From NCBI GenBank assembly GCA_951406725.2, contig OX597832.1, positions 30,814,001-30,878,000 on the forward strand: DNA of 64,000 bases, in the 5' to 3' direction. Made by a program: the position numbers and the translations under genes. The DNA is from Octopus vulgaris. Lineage: Eukaryota. The notes beneath the pieces are model-generated. The model was given only the letters and a program-made list of their open reading frames with translations, was not told where the DNA came from and made no database searches. Position 1 is the stretch's first letter. Each line of letters starts with the position of its first letter. Positions 12,540-26,333 of this stretch are shown here, in pieces.

Positions 12540-13990
12540 TGCATACACACACACACACATTTATCTAGACATGCATGCAGTCTCACACACATACGTGTGT
12601 GCATTCTCACATGCATTCTCATTCACATCCTCACACGCATTCTCACACATGCATACATATGCATTCTCACATACACACATGCATTCTTAACCAAACACGC
12701 ACTTTCACACACATTCTCACATATGCATTCTCATGTACACACACACACACACACACATTCTCACATATACACACATTCTCATGTGCACACACATTCTAAC
12801 GTGCTCACACACACATTCTCACATACACATGCATGTTCTCACGTACATGCATGCGTTCTCACATGCACATACCTCACTCACGCATTCTCACTCACACATG
12901 CACACATTCTCACACGTGCATTCTTGCTCACACATGCATTATCACATGCACGTTCTCACAGACGTGTGCATTCTCACATTCTCATACCCACATGCATTCT
13001 TACACCCTCACATTCCCTCACACACACACCCTCGTATTCCCATATACACACACCCTCGCATTCCCTCACACACACACACCCTCGCATTCCCTCACACACA
13101 CACACACCCTCGCATTCCCTCACACACACACACACACTGTCGCATTCCCTCACACACACACACCCTCGCATTCCCTCACACACACACACACTGTCGCATT
13201 CCCTCACACACACACACCCTCGCATTCCCTCACACACACACACACTGTCGCATTCCCTCACACACACACACACTGTCGCATTCCCTCACACACACACCCT
13301 CGCATTCCCTCACACACACACACTGTCGCATTCCCTCACACACACACACACACTCGCATTCCCACACACACACACACACTCGCATTCCCACACACACACA
13401 CACACACACTGTTGCATTCCCTCACACACACACACACACTGTTGCATTCCCTCACACACACACACACACTGTTGCATTCCCTCACACACACACACACACT
13501 GTCGCATTCCCTCACACACACACACACTGTCGCATTCCCTCACACACACACCCTCGCATTCCCCCCACACACACTCGCATTCCCACACACCCACACACAC
13601 TCGCATTCCCACACACCCACACACACTCGCATTCCCACACACCCACACACACTCGCATTCCCACACACACACACACACACACTCGCATTCCCACACACAC
13701 ACACACACACACACTCACATTCTCGCACATACACACCCTCGCATTCCCACACACACACTCACATTCTCACACATGCACACTCTTGCATTCTCACACACAC
13801 ACACACTCTTGCATTCTCACACACACACACACACACACACTCACATTCTCGCACATACACACCCTCGCATTCCCACACACACACTCACATTCTCACACAT
13901 GCACACTCTTGCATTCTCACACACACACACACTCTTGCATTCTCACACACACACACACACACACACTTACATTCTCACACACACACTCAC
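12540..13990. repeat. (CA)n-based minisatellite, unit TCGCATTCCC(T)(CA)n
   Basis: About 27 CATTCC-anchored units of ~25-30 bp with degenerate flanks; a ~126-bp higher-order duplication at ~13711/13837. Confidence 0.95.
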
Positions 13991-16464
13991 TATCGAACCA
14001 GACTAATCTAATACCTCAATATTACCCAGATTAATGATGTAAAAAAAAGTAGATGGGAAGAGGGGGAAAGAAATAGTAATTTTCAACATTCATTAATCTG
14101 TCAGCTCTTGTGAAGGTTGTTAATTAATCGCTGTCTGTCCACCCAGGTGAGTTATGAGATCACTGATTAGCACACACGCAACACTCACCAATAAGTCTTT
14201 CTTGGATGCTTTTATTTCAGCCTATTTTTCTTTTTTTAGAACTGTTTTCTGTGAATGGATGTGTGGGAGTGTGTAGAATATTGAATGTAGAGTTAAAATA
14301 CTGGTGTGTGTGTGTATGTGTGGCATATGCTCCTCTTACACTATGCACGGTGTGTGTGTATATATATATGCATACTGTATGTATACTCCTTACCATTGCA
14401 CTTTACATACAAAGGTGTGTATGTATATATGTATATATATATATTGTTTGTGCATGCATGAATAGTTATATATATATATGCATCTTATTCTGTGCCTGTA
14501 CATCTTAAACTTACACATATGCACATTTTACACCATATATATGTATTTCTTTACTACCCACAAGGGGCTAAACACAGAGGAGACAAACAAAGACAAACGG
14601 ATTAAGTCGATTACATCGACCCCAGTGCGTAACTGGTACTTAATTTATCGACGATGAAAGGCAAAGTCGACCTTAGCGGAATTTGAACTCAGAACGTAAC
14701 GGCAGACAAAATACGGCTACGCATCTTGCCCGGCATGCTAACGTTTCTGCCAGCTCGCTGCCTTTACATCATGTGTATGTACACACAATACATACATCTT
14801 GCACCACACACACACACCTTACATTTTATATCATATACACACAGTCTTGCACCATTGACATGTATACACGTCTTACATGCATACATATATACATCTACTC
14901 ACACATCTTATACTGTGTACACACACATAGACCTCATACACTACATATATACACACCAACACCCTCACACACACACACAGACACATCTTATACCATACAT
15001 ACTCATACATAGACCTCATCTCCTGTACATATATCTGCATGCCAATATTCACCGGCACGTACTTCACTCGTATAAACTTCTACCACCACCTTTGCTCAGT
15101 AAATAATAATTAACTCTAGCTGACACACACTGTGTCTTTTGTTAGGACTTCCTTTGTGTCTAGTCTTTATTCACTCTCAACTCTATGGAACCTTGATATA
15201 GTTAGGCCTGTGGACTTGGTGCTCCACTTTCAAAATCCGTATCTCACCCCACTCACCACACTCTTGACCTGCTACCAAGCAAGTAGGTCATAAAACTATT
15301 AGATTCCCCATATATTGTTGTCAAGAAGGCTTCAATGTGGTCCCATTCAATCTACTAGAAATAGAAAGCAAATCTCCCTCAAATCACACCCAACCCAACT
15401 TTAAAAGGAAGGACATAATTTAAAACAAGCTTGTGGTAGAGTCTGTAGTCTGAGTTCAAACCTTGCACAGGTCGTTTCAGCTTTTGTCCTTCCAGGCTGT
15501 TAAACTGAATATCAGTGAAATACTTGGGATCAATTTAATGACTCGCTTTTGCTAAACATGTCTGGCCTTGGCCTAATACTAGAAATCAATTAATCATTAT
15601 CATCAAAAAAGGAAAAAAAAAATCATTATTAGGCGTTCTTGTTTAATCCTCAGTCAGGTCTGTTGAAACAGAACCATGATCAACAGTTTCACCACTGGGA
15701 CCATTCCGTCTTGTCAGGAATAGTGCATCTTGGACTACGTTATTCAACACGTCCTTAAATTATTATTTATCATTATTAATATTGAGTTCAAATCCCACCA
15801 AGGGTCCTTAATATGACCTTTAACGCGTCTTGAATGAATTATGGATAGAAAGAGGGAAGTTATTCTCTAACTGGAGACTTGGCACCTCAGGCACTCATAG
15901 CAGTGGATTCGGACCAGGTAGTGATGTTAATATTATGGGGTGGGGGCATTAAACACCCCCCAAACAGTAAGTGCTCCTCAATGGGCTTCCAACCAGTTTC
16001 CACCTTCCAAATTTCACTCACAAAACATCGATTGGTCAGCTCAAGTCCATGGGTAGAGGGCACATACTTGCCCAATATGTTGTGCTGTGGTATTCATCCT
16101 GAAACTAGTTGTGTTACCAAAGTGTACTTCTTCACCTCAAATTTCTAAACTTGTGCCAAATTATTATTAATTGTCATTAAATTTAAACAAGAACTAAGTT
16201 TTGTTTTAAAAACTGTTTTCAACGCAGAAACCCTCCCTGCTTTAGCAACACACCAACAGAATTGATAAAAGCATTTGCAGGATAATTTTCTACAATCCTC
16301 TTAGAAATCCTCTTATTTTGGGTTTAATTCTGTCCCACCTCACTCTTCCCTTCTCTACCACCCTCTCCATCCCAAATCCTATCATCATTATCATCTCTGT
16401 ATTTTTACTGTTTTGCATCTGTTTTCTCGAGCTCACCTGGGTGGAATGTTCTATGTTATTATTA

Positions 16465-17040
16465 AGGTAGTCAGCTGGCAAAATTGTCAGTCTGTTGGAC
16501 CAAATACCTACTGACACTTTTTCCAGCTCTTTATGTTCTTAGTTCAAACGCTGCCAAGGTCAACTTTGCTGTTCATCTTTTCAGGGTCAACATAATAAGT
16601 ACCAGCTGGGCACTGGGATCGATGTAATCAACTTACCCCCTCCCCTAAAATTGCTGGCCTTGTGCCAAAATTATTATCATCAACATAATAAGCTGACAGA
16701 ATCTTTACCACACCAAGCAAAATGCTTAGCTATATTTCGTTCAGCTTTTACATTCTGGGTTCAAATTCTGCCAGGTTCTTGCCTTTCATCCTTTTGGGGT
16801 CAGTAAATTAAGTACCAGTTATGCACTGGGGTTGACGTAACTGACTAGTCCCCTCCCATCAAATTTCAGGCCTAGTGCCTTTAGTAGTATTATCATCATT
16901 ATTATTGCAGAATTACTTGTGCCAGACTCAATGACTTGCAGCCTTTAGCTTTGTCTCCTTAGATTCAGAGTTCAAATCCTGCTAAAGTCAACTCTGCCTT
17001 CCATCGAGGTTGATAAAATAAGTATGAGGCAAATATTTAG
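16465..17040 (+). mobile_element. Head-to-tail array of about 3 SINEs, same family
   Basis: Same unit repeated; a minus-strand copy lies at ~14545-14762. Confidence 0.75.
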
Positions 17041-17566
17041 GATTTATTTAAAATTAACCATAGCCTTCCTTCCAAATTTGTATAAACTTGTAATTGTTAT
17101 TTTCTGTTGGTGTTCATTGATATATTACTAAAAAACCTAATTAAGACATAGTGGTCTCGTTAAAATGTCTTTTGCTGGAATGTCAAGAGCTTGTATCCTC
17201 CGTATGTGTGTGATGCTTAACTTTTAATATTTGCTTTTGATGTTACAGGAAACAAAAAATAGTTTGGTGTGGAATTTTCTCAGAATTAAAAACTGAACTC
17301 TCCAGGGTTATCTGAATTATGTGTATGAAATTCCTGTCAAATTCCACTGGGTTGTCATCTGAACAAGGGAATTCCAGTTGTGACGACCACATATTTTTAC
17401 AAAGACTTAGTGTGTCTCGAATTAGAAGTTTATTGTGTGGAATAAATTAGTTTGCCATGGGGAACAGAATTCTTATGAACTGAATAGATTGTTGTTTGGA
17501 GAAGAAGTTCTGACCAAAATGTTAAACTTCTCCTCACAGTAAAATAATTGTAGTACATTCTCGAGT

Positions 17567-18120
17567 CATCATCATTGTTTTACATCCGCTTTCCATGCTA
17601 GCATGGGTTGGACGATTTTGACTGAGGGCTGGCGAACCTGATGGCCGCACCAGGCTCCAATCTTGATCTGGCAGAGTTTCTACAGCTGGATGCCCTTCCT
17701 AACACCAACCGCTCCGAGAGTGTAGTGGGTGCTTTTAAAGTGCCACCGGCACGTGGGCCAGTCAGGCGGTACTGGCAATGACCTCGCTCGAATCTTTTTA
17801 CACATGCCACCGGCAACGCTGGTAACGATCACACTTGAATGGTGCCCTTTTACGTGTCACCGGCATGGAAGCCAGTTAACCACTCTGGCAGCGATCACGC
17901 TTGGATGGTACAAGTGCCAGTAAGGTGACGCTGGTAACGATCCCACTCGAATGGTGCCTTTTATGTGCCACTGGGATGGAAGGCAATTAGCTGCTCTGTC
18001 AAACGATCATACTCGTATGGTGCTCTTTGCACCCTGCTAGCACGGATGCCAGTCATCAAATTTGATTTTGATTTCACTTGCCTCAACAGGTCTTCGCAAG
18101 CAGAGCTTAGTGTCCAAAGA
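17567..18120 (-). mobile_element. RTE-tail short element with internal tandem units
   Basis: Tail CATCATC..TTTCCATGCTAGCATGGGTTGGAC plus repeated GGTGC(C/T)TTTTA..TGCCAC units. Other copies at ~5430-5772, 8020-8313, 9940-10172, 29293-29475, 36405-36750, 51150-51353 (+) and 11705-11860, 20805-21010, 26207-26297 (-). Confidence 0.75.
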
Positions 18121-21100
18121 AGGAAAAGTGTTAATATAATTCAGTCTATTTCCCATGGTTAATATACCATATTAATTCATGTAATTGTTTTCAATTTAGG
18201 CACAAGGCTAGCAATTATGATGGGGAAGAAATTGGTACTATTGACCCTAGTACCTAACTGGTAGTTTGACTTTGAAAGGGTGAAAGACAAAATTGACCTT
18301 GGCCAGATTTGAACTCAAAATCTAAAGAACTAGAATGTGGTGAGGCATTTTTTTCCCCCGACGCTCTATCGATTGTGGAGGCACATGACCTAGTGGTTAG
18401 GGTATTTACTACTCAATCATAAAGTTGTGGGCTTGGTTTCTGGACCTGGTGTGGGGCATTGTGTTCTTGAGCAAAACACTTCATTTCACATTGCTCCATT
18501 TCACTTAGCTGGGAAGTTAACTCTACAATGGACTGGCTGCCCATCCTGGGGATGGAGTGATGCTGTTGATATCAGTCACTTATACACCATGGAAATCAGG
18601 TTAAGTTCTTTAGTTCATGACAGACCTCAATCTAAGATATAGTTTATGCCAATCCATGCAAGAAATTTAACACAAGAATATTAAGGTCAAAATTAGAGGC
18701 TGACATAGTTGTGTATTTAACATAAAGAGCTCAAAATATACTGATTATTATTGTTTTTCTGCACCCAAACTCTTTCATATTGATGTAAAGCATGACTGAA
18801 ATCAACTTAACCAGCATTTATATTGATTGTATGTGTGTGTGTAGAGAGAGAGAGGGGGGAGGAGAGAAACAGCAGTTAAAACCAAACCCCTTGTTGAATG
18901 GCTGTTTTTTAAAATAAAAATAAACGGACTTTTTCTTTATATAACTAGATCACAAAAAGTACAAAAATGAATAATCAATATATGTGTGTGTGTATATGTA
19001 TATACATATATATATATAGGGTTATGGCTGTATGATTAAGAAGCTTGCTCCACAACCACAGTACAGCACTATAGAAAGGTGCCTTGTACTATAGACGTCA
19101 GTCAACTGGAGCCTTGTGAATGAATTTGATAGGTGGAAACTGTAAGAAGCCTGCTGTATATATGTGTGTGTGTTGTTTTGACATCGTGTGCTATTTGTAA
19201 ACGAATGTCTTCTACATAGAAGCAGTGCAGTGAAAACATGTCCAGCCATTGTGCTGTTTGTGTTCAAAGCATGAGGAGGAAATGTTACCCGGGAGAGCAT
19301 CCAACTCTAGAAATTGTGCCTCAACAAATGTTGTCTAACTTGTACGAGCAGGAAACTAGACATTAAAAAGAGGCTGATATATATATGTGTTGTGTGTATG
19401 TATGTGTGTGTATTTATGCACACATGTTCATGTATTGAGTTCTGTGTGTGTGTGTGTACACATTTTTCATCTTTACCAATGAGAGAAAGAGTACTCAACA
19501 CATGGTGTAAAATATATTTGTATGAAGTTGGTGATTCACGTTTTTGCTTTGTCAGTTTCTCACTTGCTAGTTTTGCTTGCTTGAGACAGCATTCACCCGG
19601 GGTGGGTTGAGCTGGCTTGCTAGTGAAGCTGTGTGACTTAGTGGTTGGGGTATTCAACTGACAATCGCGAGTTCCATCAGCAGCTTGTTTTGACCTTGAG
19701 CAAGACACTTTATTTCATATTTACTCCATTCCACTCAGCTGGCAAAATTGCATTGTACCTGTAATTCAATGGGCCAACCATGTCCGATTATACCACACTG
19801 ATTGAATCTCCCTGAGAACTACTTTAAGTTTACATGTGTCTGCGGTGTGCTCAGCCACGTGCACGTTAAGATTTTTTTTTCTCTCACTTTATGCAACTTC
19901 ACAGGTGATAACAAAATCAAATCAATAGTTTTGATTTCTCTTTTTATCATCATGTTAAAGATCACCTCAAACGACAAACACCTGAGTATTGACATCAAAT
20001 AACTAACTTCATACACACGTGTGCTTGTGTGTCTGTGTGTCTGTGTGTGTGTTTGTATATATTTGCAGACCTGTTTATGTCTCAACATACAATGAGTTAT
20101 TGTAATAGTTGTACTGCTTTTACTATTGTATTGTATACTTAGATATTGCTGCTATTGTAATATGGACTGAAGTCTATTGATCCTTGTATCTGTATACATA
20201 ATGGCAACAAGATTGAAAAAGGAAAAAAAAAAAACTTCTCCCATTTGGTTGACATAATAAAAATTGCTTACTCTACGTACTAGTAAGCCTCATGGAAAGC
20301 CTACATTTATTAATATTCTTATTTGATCTGATGAATAGATTTATTGATCTTCCTGACGTTGTTGCATCAAAGATTTTGCTTATTGCTTTGTTTTGTGGTT
20401 AAGGTTGTTGAAAGCTTAACATTCAAATTTGTTTCCTTTTGTTAAAGATTTGGTTTACATTTTCTGTTTTCTGTCCCATATTTATGAATTGATGAAGGCA
20501 TAATAACACTTGAACTTTTCATTATCTTAACCATTTTCTTACCATATTCCTGTTAAAATACGCTGCTCTTGTTTCAAGTAATTCTGAAAATAAGGATTTA
20601 GCCAAATAACTCTGTCTTCATTAGCTGGTGCCTGAAACTTAATTTAACATGAAATTCCAATAGAAGGTTTTTAATTTAGCTCACTTTAAACCAAGATTTA
20701 GTGTCATAGAGCTAAAGCTAGATTCACTTGGTTTGTATCAAAAGGGATAAACATTTTGATTGTTTTTTAAAAATTTTATCCTGTTGAAAGCATAACTCTA
20801 AATCACATCATGATCATCATCATTTGGTGTTCATTGTCCATGCTGGAATAGGTTGGATGGTTTGAGAGGAGATGACAAACCAAGGACTGCATCCATCTCC
20901 AATGTCTACTTTTGTATGGTTTCAACAGCCGGATGCCCTTCCTAACACCAACCACTTCACAGAATGTAATGGGTTCTCTTTGTGTGGTGCTGGCACTGAG
21001 GTCACCGAGTAACTTGCTAGACAAGGCCCACAACTGAGCGGGGAATAGTATTGAGGGAAGTGACTTTGTGCCAGGGGATCAGTAAAAGTATGTTAGAGGG

Positions 21101-22066
21101 ATGGGAACAGGTGTTTTGCTGTTAAGGAGATGATGCCCCCCCCCCCCTCCCCAGTTGGCAAAAGGAGAAAATGCTGGTGGGATGTGTGAGGCTGTTCCCT
21201 CAAGTGTAGAGATAATACAGTAAGGATACATGGCCAAGTGCTTAAGGAATTTGCTTCTCATTCTTCAGGTTTTAAACATTCAGCTCTACTCTTCAGCACC
21301 TTGGGTGAGAAAAGTGTCATACGCCATGGCCTCTTGTCATCTGAGGTGTAATCGGGTTGGTGGAAACTGTGCAGAAGCCTATTAAATAAATTGCATCTTG
21401 GTGACCTGAAGCATTAATGCTAAGCTTATGCAAATATTAAGGTATGTGTGTGTTAGTCACTTGGCCTCTAAGTAGTTCAGTTGGTTGAGTAATTGAGATC
21501 CTCATTTGTCAAACCAATGCAAGATTCGTTTACCACTTGGCTATATCCTCCCTCTAAGACAAGTATGAAGTAACAGAATCACCTGAAGATGGCTTTCATA
21601 AAAATGTAAATGTATTCAAATCAACATTTCTGATTATCATGAAATGTTAACTTCATTAGTTTTAACATTCAATGTTCTACAGAAAAAAAATTGTTGTCTG
21701 CCAGTGAACAGGTCTGCTACTGGTTTATAAAAAAATATTTTAGCTTAGAAGAGATGAGGCAGCATCTCTGACCATTTCTCAAGATCTTAGACTGGTAGGT
21801 CAAGAGAGAAAGGAAACCACAATTCTGTATTTATACTCAGCTTACCAATTGTCTAAAGGATTCTGTGAAAGATGCCCAAGGGTCAAATAGTGGTGTCAAA
21901 TTAGGGACATGTTACTGAGTTGTCAAGTGATGGTGGTGGGACAAACACACACACACGTGTATGTATACATATATATAATTTAATTTTGGTTGGGAAGCAA
22001 GCTACTTACCACACAGCCACTTTTGCGCCTATTTTATATTTCTTTGTGTTTTTCTTTCATTTTCAG

Positions 22067-22308
22067 AAAACTCAGCCAGTGATAGCACCATATTTGAAGC
22101 ATTTTGGGCCAGTAAAAAGTCGAAGGCAGCAGCCAACAACAACATCACCAACAACAACAACAACAATAAAACTAACAACAGCAAGATGGCGAACAATGTG
22201 AAACCCAAGGTGAACGACAACAAGAAAAATGGGAATGCAAAGAAGAAAAAACCGGAAGCAGAAGTGAAAGAAAAGAAGAAAATTAGTGTCGAAGATGCTA
22301 TAAACCAG
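22067..22308 (+). CDS. TMEM214: TMEM214 exon 2 (ENSASDSTIFEAF...poly-Asn...VEDAINQ)
   Basis: Acceptor tttcag| and donor CAG|gtaagg; open in phase 1 to 0. Confidence 0.88.
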
Positions 22309-22317
22309 GTAAGGCAT

Positions 22318-22357
<40 letters not shown>

Positions 22358-22598
22358 TGGGTTGTGTCCCCATCATTTTATGCCCATTTTCCATGCTGGC
22401 ATTTGAATAAAGTAGTATTAGTCATTGAACTTGTGTTCTTTTAATTAGCTTTTTGATGTTCACTTAATTAAATATGATAATTAACTATATACAATAATGG
22501 TTGTTGACTTTTATTTGTAAGAATTTAAAAATTTTAATTTTGATATTTCCTTTTCTTATTTAAAAGTATTTTATAATTTCTCTATTTTCCTGTTAAAG

Positions 22599-22752
22599 AT
22601 TGACAAAGCTACACTTGAGCAGATTCTTATAAAAGACCAGACCATGTTCCCAGATAACCCAGAAGTTTGGCTAAAAGATCTCTCATCTTACCTAAACGTT
22701 CAGTTTGAAAAATTTCAAGAAAAAGATCCAGTTTTCAAAGATAAACCAAAAG
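22599..22752 (+). CDS. TMEM214: TMEM214 exon 3 (IDKATLEQ...FPDNPEVWLKDLSSYLN...DKPK)
   Basis: taaag| ... G|gtgaac; conserved WLKDL motif. Confidence 0.93.
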
Positions 22753-22794
22753 GTGAACTTTATTTCAATGGGATTATTACTAATCTTAGTATTA

Positions 22795-23018
22795 AATCAT
22801 GGTGGTGAGCTGGCAGAATCGTTAGCATGCTGGGTGGAATGCTTAGCAGTGTTTCCTCTGTCTTTATGTTCTGAGTTCAAATTCCGCCGAGGTCAACTTT
22901 GCCTTTCATCCTTTCAGAGTCGATAAATTAAGTACCAGTTACTAACTGGGGTCGATATAATCGACTGGCCCCCTCCCCCAAAATTGCAGGCCTTGTGCCT
23001 TGAGTAGAAAAGATTATT

Positions 23019-23051
<33 letters not shown>

Positions 23052-23680
23052 ATTATTAAGGTGGCGAGCTGGCAGAACCATTAGCACGCTGGACAAAATG
23101 CTTTGCGGTATTTCGCCCGTTTCTACGTTCTGAGTTCAAATTCCGCCATGGTTGACTTTGCTTTTCATCCTTTCGGGGTCGATAAAGTAACTACCAGGTG
23201 AAACACTGGGGTTGATGTAATCAACTCGTCCCCTCCCCCAAGATGGCAGTCCTTGTGGCAAAATTTGAAACCATTATTATTGTTGTTTGGATGGTGGAGT
23301 GTTAGAATTGCTAGTTTTTGCAAAAAATACCTTGCAGTATCTAGATCTACACATTGTGAGTTTGAATATCACCTTCATCTTTTTGGGGCTAATAAAATAA
23401 AGTACGAGTAAAGTACTGGGTTGGATGGTATTGACTAAATCACTTCCCTCAAAACTGATGGCCTTTTGCCTAAATTAAAGATAATTATTACTATGGTTAG
23501 AGAAGTGGAATCCATATCTCCCAAGGTATATTTGATCTGATTTTAAGTTGAAACTCTGCCAATCCTGACGTATTATCTTTCACCTTTCCAACTTCGATAA
23601 AATAAGCACCAGTCAAGTACCATGGATGATAAAATCAACAACTAGATCACTATCCAGAAATCTGTGGCTAAAGTTAGAAA
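22795..23680 (+). mobile_element. Head-to-tail array of about 4 SINEs (GGCGAGCTGGCAGAA family)
   Basis: Repeated GAGCTGGCAGAA..GAGTTCAAATTCCGCC..CTTTCATCCTTTCGGGGTCGATAAA units separated by (ATT)/(GTT) tails. Confidence 0.8.
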
Positions 23681-23949
23681 TTGTTTTTTACTATTTGCTT
23701 GGTTGGTTGGCTGGCTGGCTGGTTGGTTGGTTGGTTAAGACAAATCTTGACAATTTTACTGGTTTCAGACATTTGCCTATTGCCTTCTGAGGTGCAGTCT
23801 TCTAGGGGTATAGTCAATCACATTGTCCCCAAAATTAAAATCATTTTATGTCCAACATGGGTCAAGCATTTTGTCATGGTGCAAGTCAGTTCTTATTTGG
23901 AGTCATTGCCCTTCTAGAAGAGTCAGAGGACTTCATCTTACTTATACAT

Positions 23950-24295
23950 TTCGTTTTTGTCTTGGTTTCTCAGGTGAGATGCCCTTTCTAAAACCAATCG
24001 CTTTACAAAGTGTATTGAGCATATTTTATTGTGGCACCATCACCAGTGAGGTTACCTTCTACCTCACAAGACTAATGGGTACTAACTACTCAATGATGTG
24101 TCCATTCACTAAAGGAAACCTAGCCAAGATAGTCCAGTTGGCTATGATTGAAGCACCATTGCAGCACATCACTGCATCCACCATTTGTCGGTGTCTGCTT
24201 GGATTGTCCTGGGCAACCCTCTGGGCAGTATCCCGGTCAGTTCCCATCTCTGTGATATTTCCTCCTCTGTTGTGACCATGTGGTTGACCTACATG
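23950..24295 (-). mobile_element. Degenerate RTE-like LINE 3' end
   Basis: Minus-strand translation ...EMG..TAQRVAQD...MVDA resembles an RTE C-terminus and runs into the shared tail sequence. Confidence 0.45.
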
Positions 24296-24614
24296 AGCTC
24301 TGACCTCAGTCAGATCCTTGGAGAAGAAAAAATGAAAGCAATTACAGAAGAGAGTAAGAGTATAATAGAGTGGTGGTGGTGGCTAGTAGTAGAGGTGGGT
24401 GAGGGTAAGAGTAAGTGATGACTGTCAGAAACCCTAGTACTTATTTCATCATCAGCCTGGAAAAGACAAACAGGCAAAAGTTCAGTTTGACTTGTGGGTT
24501 CTAACCAAAGTTCCTTGTAGAATTTAAAAGTACCTTACCATTTCTGCTATCTGTCCACTCCAGCTACCTCTTCAAGTATTTCTGACTGTAATCTTTTAAA
24601 TGTTTTTTTGGCAG

Positions 24615-24746
24615 ATTTCCCCCTCTGTGTGCTTAGAAGTGATGTGAAAAAGTTTCTTCTATTAACCTTACGTCGCAGTCCTGCCGTCCAGCGTGAACTG
24701 ATTTTCCGGCATTCCATTAACAGCATGTTGAATGAATCGGCAAAAG
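24615..24746 (+). CDS. TMEM214: TMEM214 exon 4 (DFPLCVLRSDVKKFL...NESAK)
   Basis: ggcag| ... G|gtaagt; phase 1/1. Confidence 0.92.
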
Positions 24747-25152
24747 GTAAGTCATGTACTTTCCCTCCTCGAGTACCTAACACCACACTCCATCTAGACA
24801 GACGGTCAGGTTGAATTGCCAGACACAGAAGAAGAAACTCTGAGTAGTGGGCAGAGTGGATCGGAAACTTCAACTGAATGAATGAACTCCCTGCTTCAAT
24901 ACTTTTTCTCCCATTTCAACACCTAAACGTATAACAGATTTTATATACATGGTGGGTGAAAGTAAAATGAATTTAGTATGAATAACATAGAGTAGTGCCT
25001 CAAGTGGATGCCGCTGCATCGAAAATTAGCCAGAAGAATAATCTCTGAGCTGTTATGGGGGTAGAAAAGCAGATAAACAGAGGCGGATAGAATAAGCATT
25101 AGGCTTCAAAAAGTAAGCTGTAGGATTGACTTGCTTAACTAAAATACAAAAG

Positions 25153-25188
<36 letters not shown>

Positions 25189-25190
<2 letters not shown>

Positions 25191-25592
25191 CACAGGAGTG
25201 GCTGTGTGGTTAGTAGCTTGCTTACCAACCACATGGTTCCAGGTTCAGTCCCACTGCATAGCATCTTGGGCAAGTGTCTTCTACTATAGCCTCGGGCCGA
25301 CCAAAACCTTGTGAGTGGATTTGGTAGACGGAAACTGAAAGAAGCCATCGTGTGTATATGTATGTATATATATATGTGTGTATGTTTGTGTGTGTCTGTT
25401 TTATCCCCCCCCCCCAACATCGCTTGACAACCGATGTTGGTGTGTTTACCTCCCCGTAACTTAGTAGTGCGGCAAAAGAGACCGATAGAATAAGTACTAG
25501 GCTTACAAAGAATAAGTCCCGGGGTTGATTTGCTTGACTAAAGACGGTGCTCCGGCATGGCCACAGTCAAATGAGTGAAACAAGTAAAAGAG
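25189..25592 (+). mobile_element. tRNA/CORE-type SINE, representative copy
   Basis: GGAGTGGCTGTGTGG..GGTTCAGTCCCACT..TTGGGCAAGTGTC. Other copies at ~7688, ~9722, ~32130-32580 (-), ~39463, ~42770-43040 (-) and ~49750. Confidence 0.75.
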
Positions 25593-25774
25593 TATATATA
25601 TATATATATCAGTACCACATAGAGTACCTACACACACACACACACACACACACACAAATTGGTGCTGCTTCAGACTGTTGGATTGACTCAACCATTGCAG
25701 TCTTTTCTTTCTTTCCAGCTTTTATCAGTTCACAATTTGCTGTCTGTCTATTCTAAGACTTACTTCATTTGCAG

Positions 25775-25857
25775 GTCTACCAACTTATGGTTATCGTATA
25801 TTTATTCAGTTATTGGCTCGAGAAGAACCAGATCTAGTCATCTCCAAACTTCCACAG
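25775..25857 (+). CDS. TMEM214: TMEM214 exon 5 (GLPTYGYRIFIQLL...KLPQ)
   Basis: ttgcag| ... CAG|gtaagc; phase 1/0. Confidence 0.93.
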
Positions 25858-26084
25858 GTAAGCGAATTAGCTGACCATAACGATATATTGTACAAGAAAG
25901 AACACAAGTTCACTACAGCTGTTTCAAGTGTGGTTTTTTTGTTTTATTAATGAACAAATCATTTGCATCATAAAAAAGTGAATTAAAATTTAAATCTAAA
26001 ATTTGACATTTAAGATTTGGCTCTTAAAGAATATATATATTGACTCCCTCATCCTGGTGACAACCATATATATAATTGTGTATG

Positions 26085-26133
<49 letters not shown>

Positions 26134-26297
26134 TCCAACCCATTCTAGCATGGAAAGTGGACGTTAAACGAACGATGATGATGATGATAGATATATATAT
26201 ATATATATCATCATTGTTTAACGTCTGTTTTCCATGCTAGCATGGGTTGGACGGTTCGACCAGGGTCTGGGAAGCCAGGAGGCTGCTCCAGGCTCCA

Positions 26298-26332
<35 letters not shown>

Positions 26333-26333
<1 letters not shown>

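Noticed and set aside
12522-14034. Long His/Thr-rich ORFs (494, 433, 392 aa) and reverse Cys/Val ORFs
   Set aside because: Open in all frames only because the (CA)n minisatellite lacks stop codons; intronic, with no splice or codon support.
17730-18040. CRISPR-like repeat/spacer pattern
   Set aside because: Eukaryotic context; the spacers are related to each other and are part of a dispersed retro-element; no cas genes.
23823-24275. 150-aa + strand ORF
   Set aside because: Antisense reading of a degenerate LINE 3' end.
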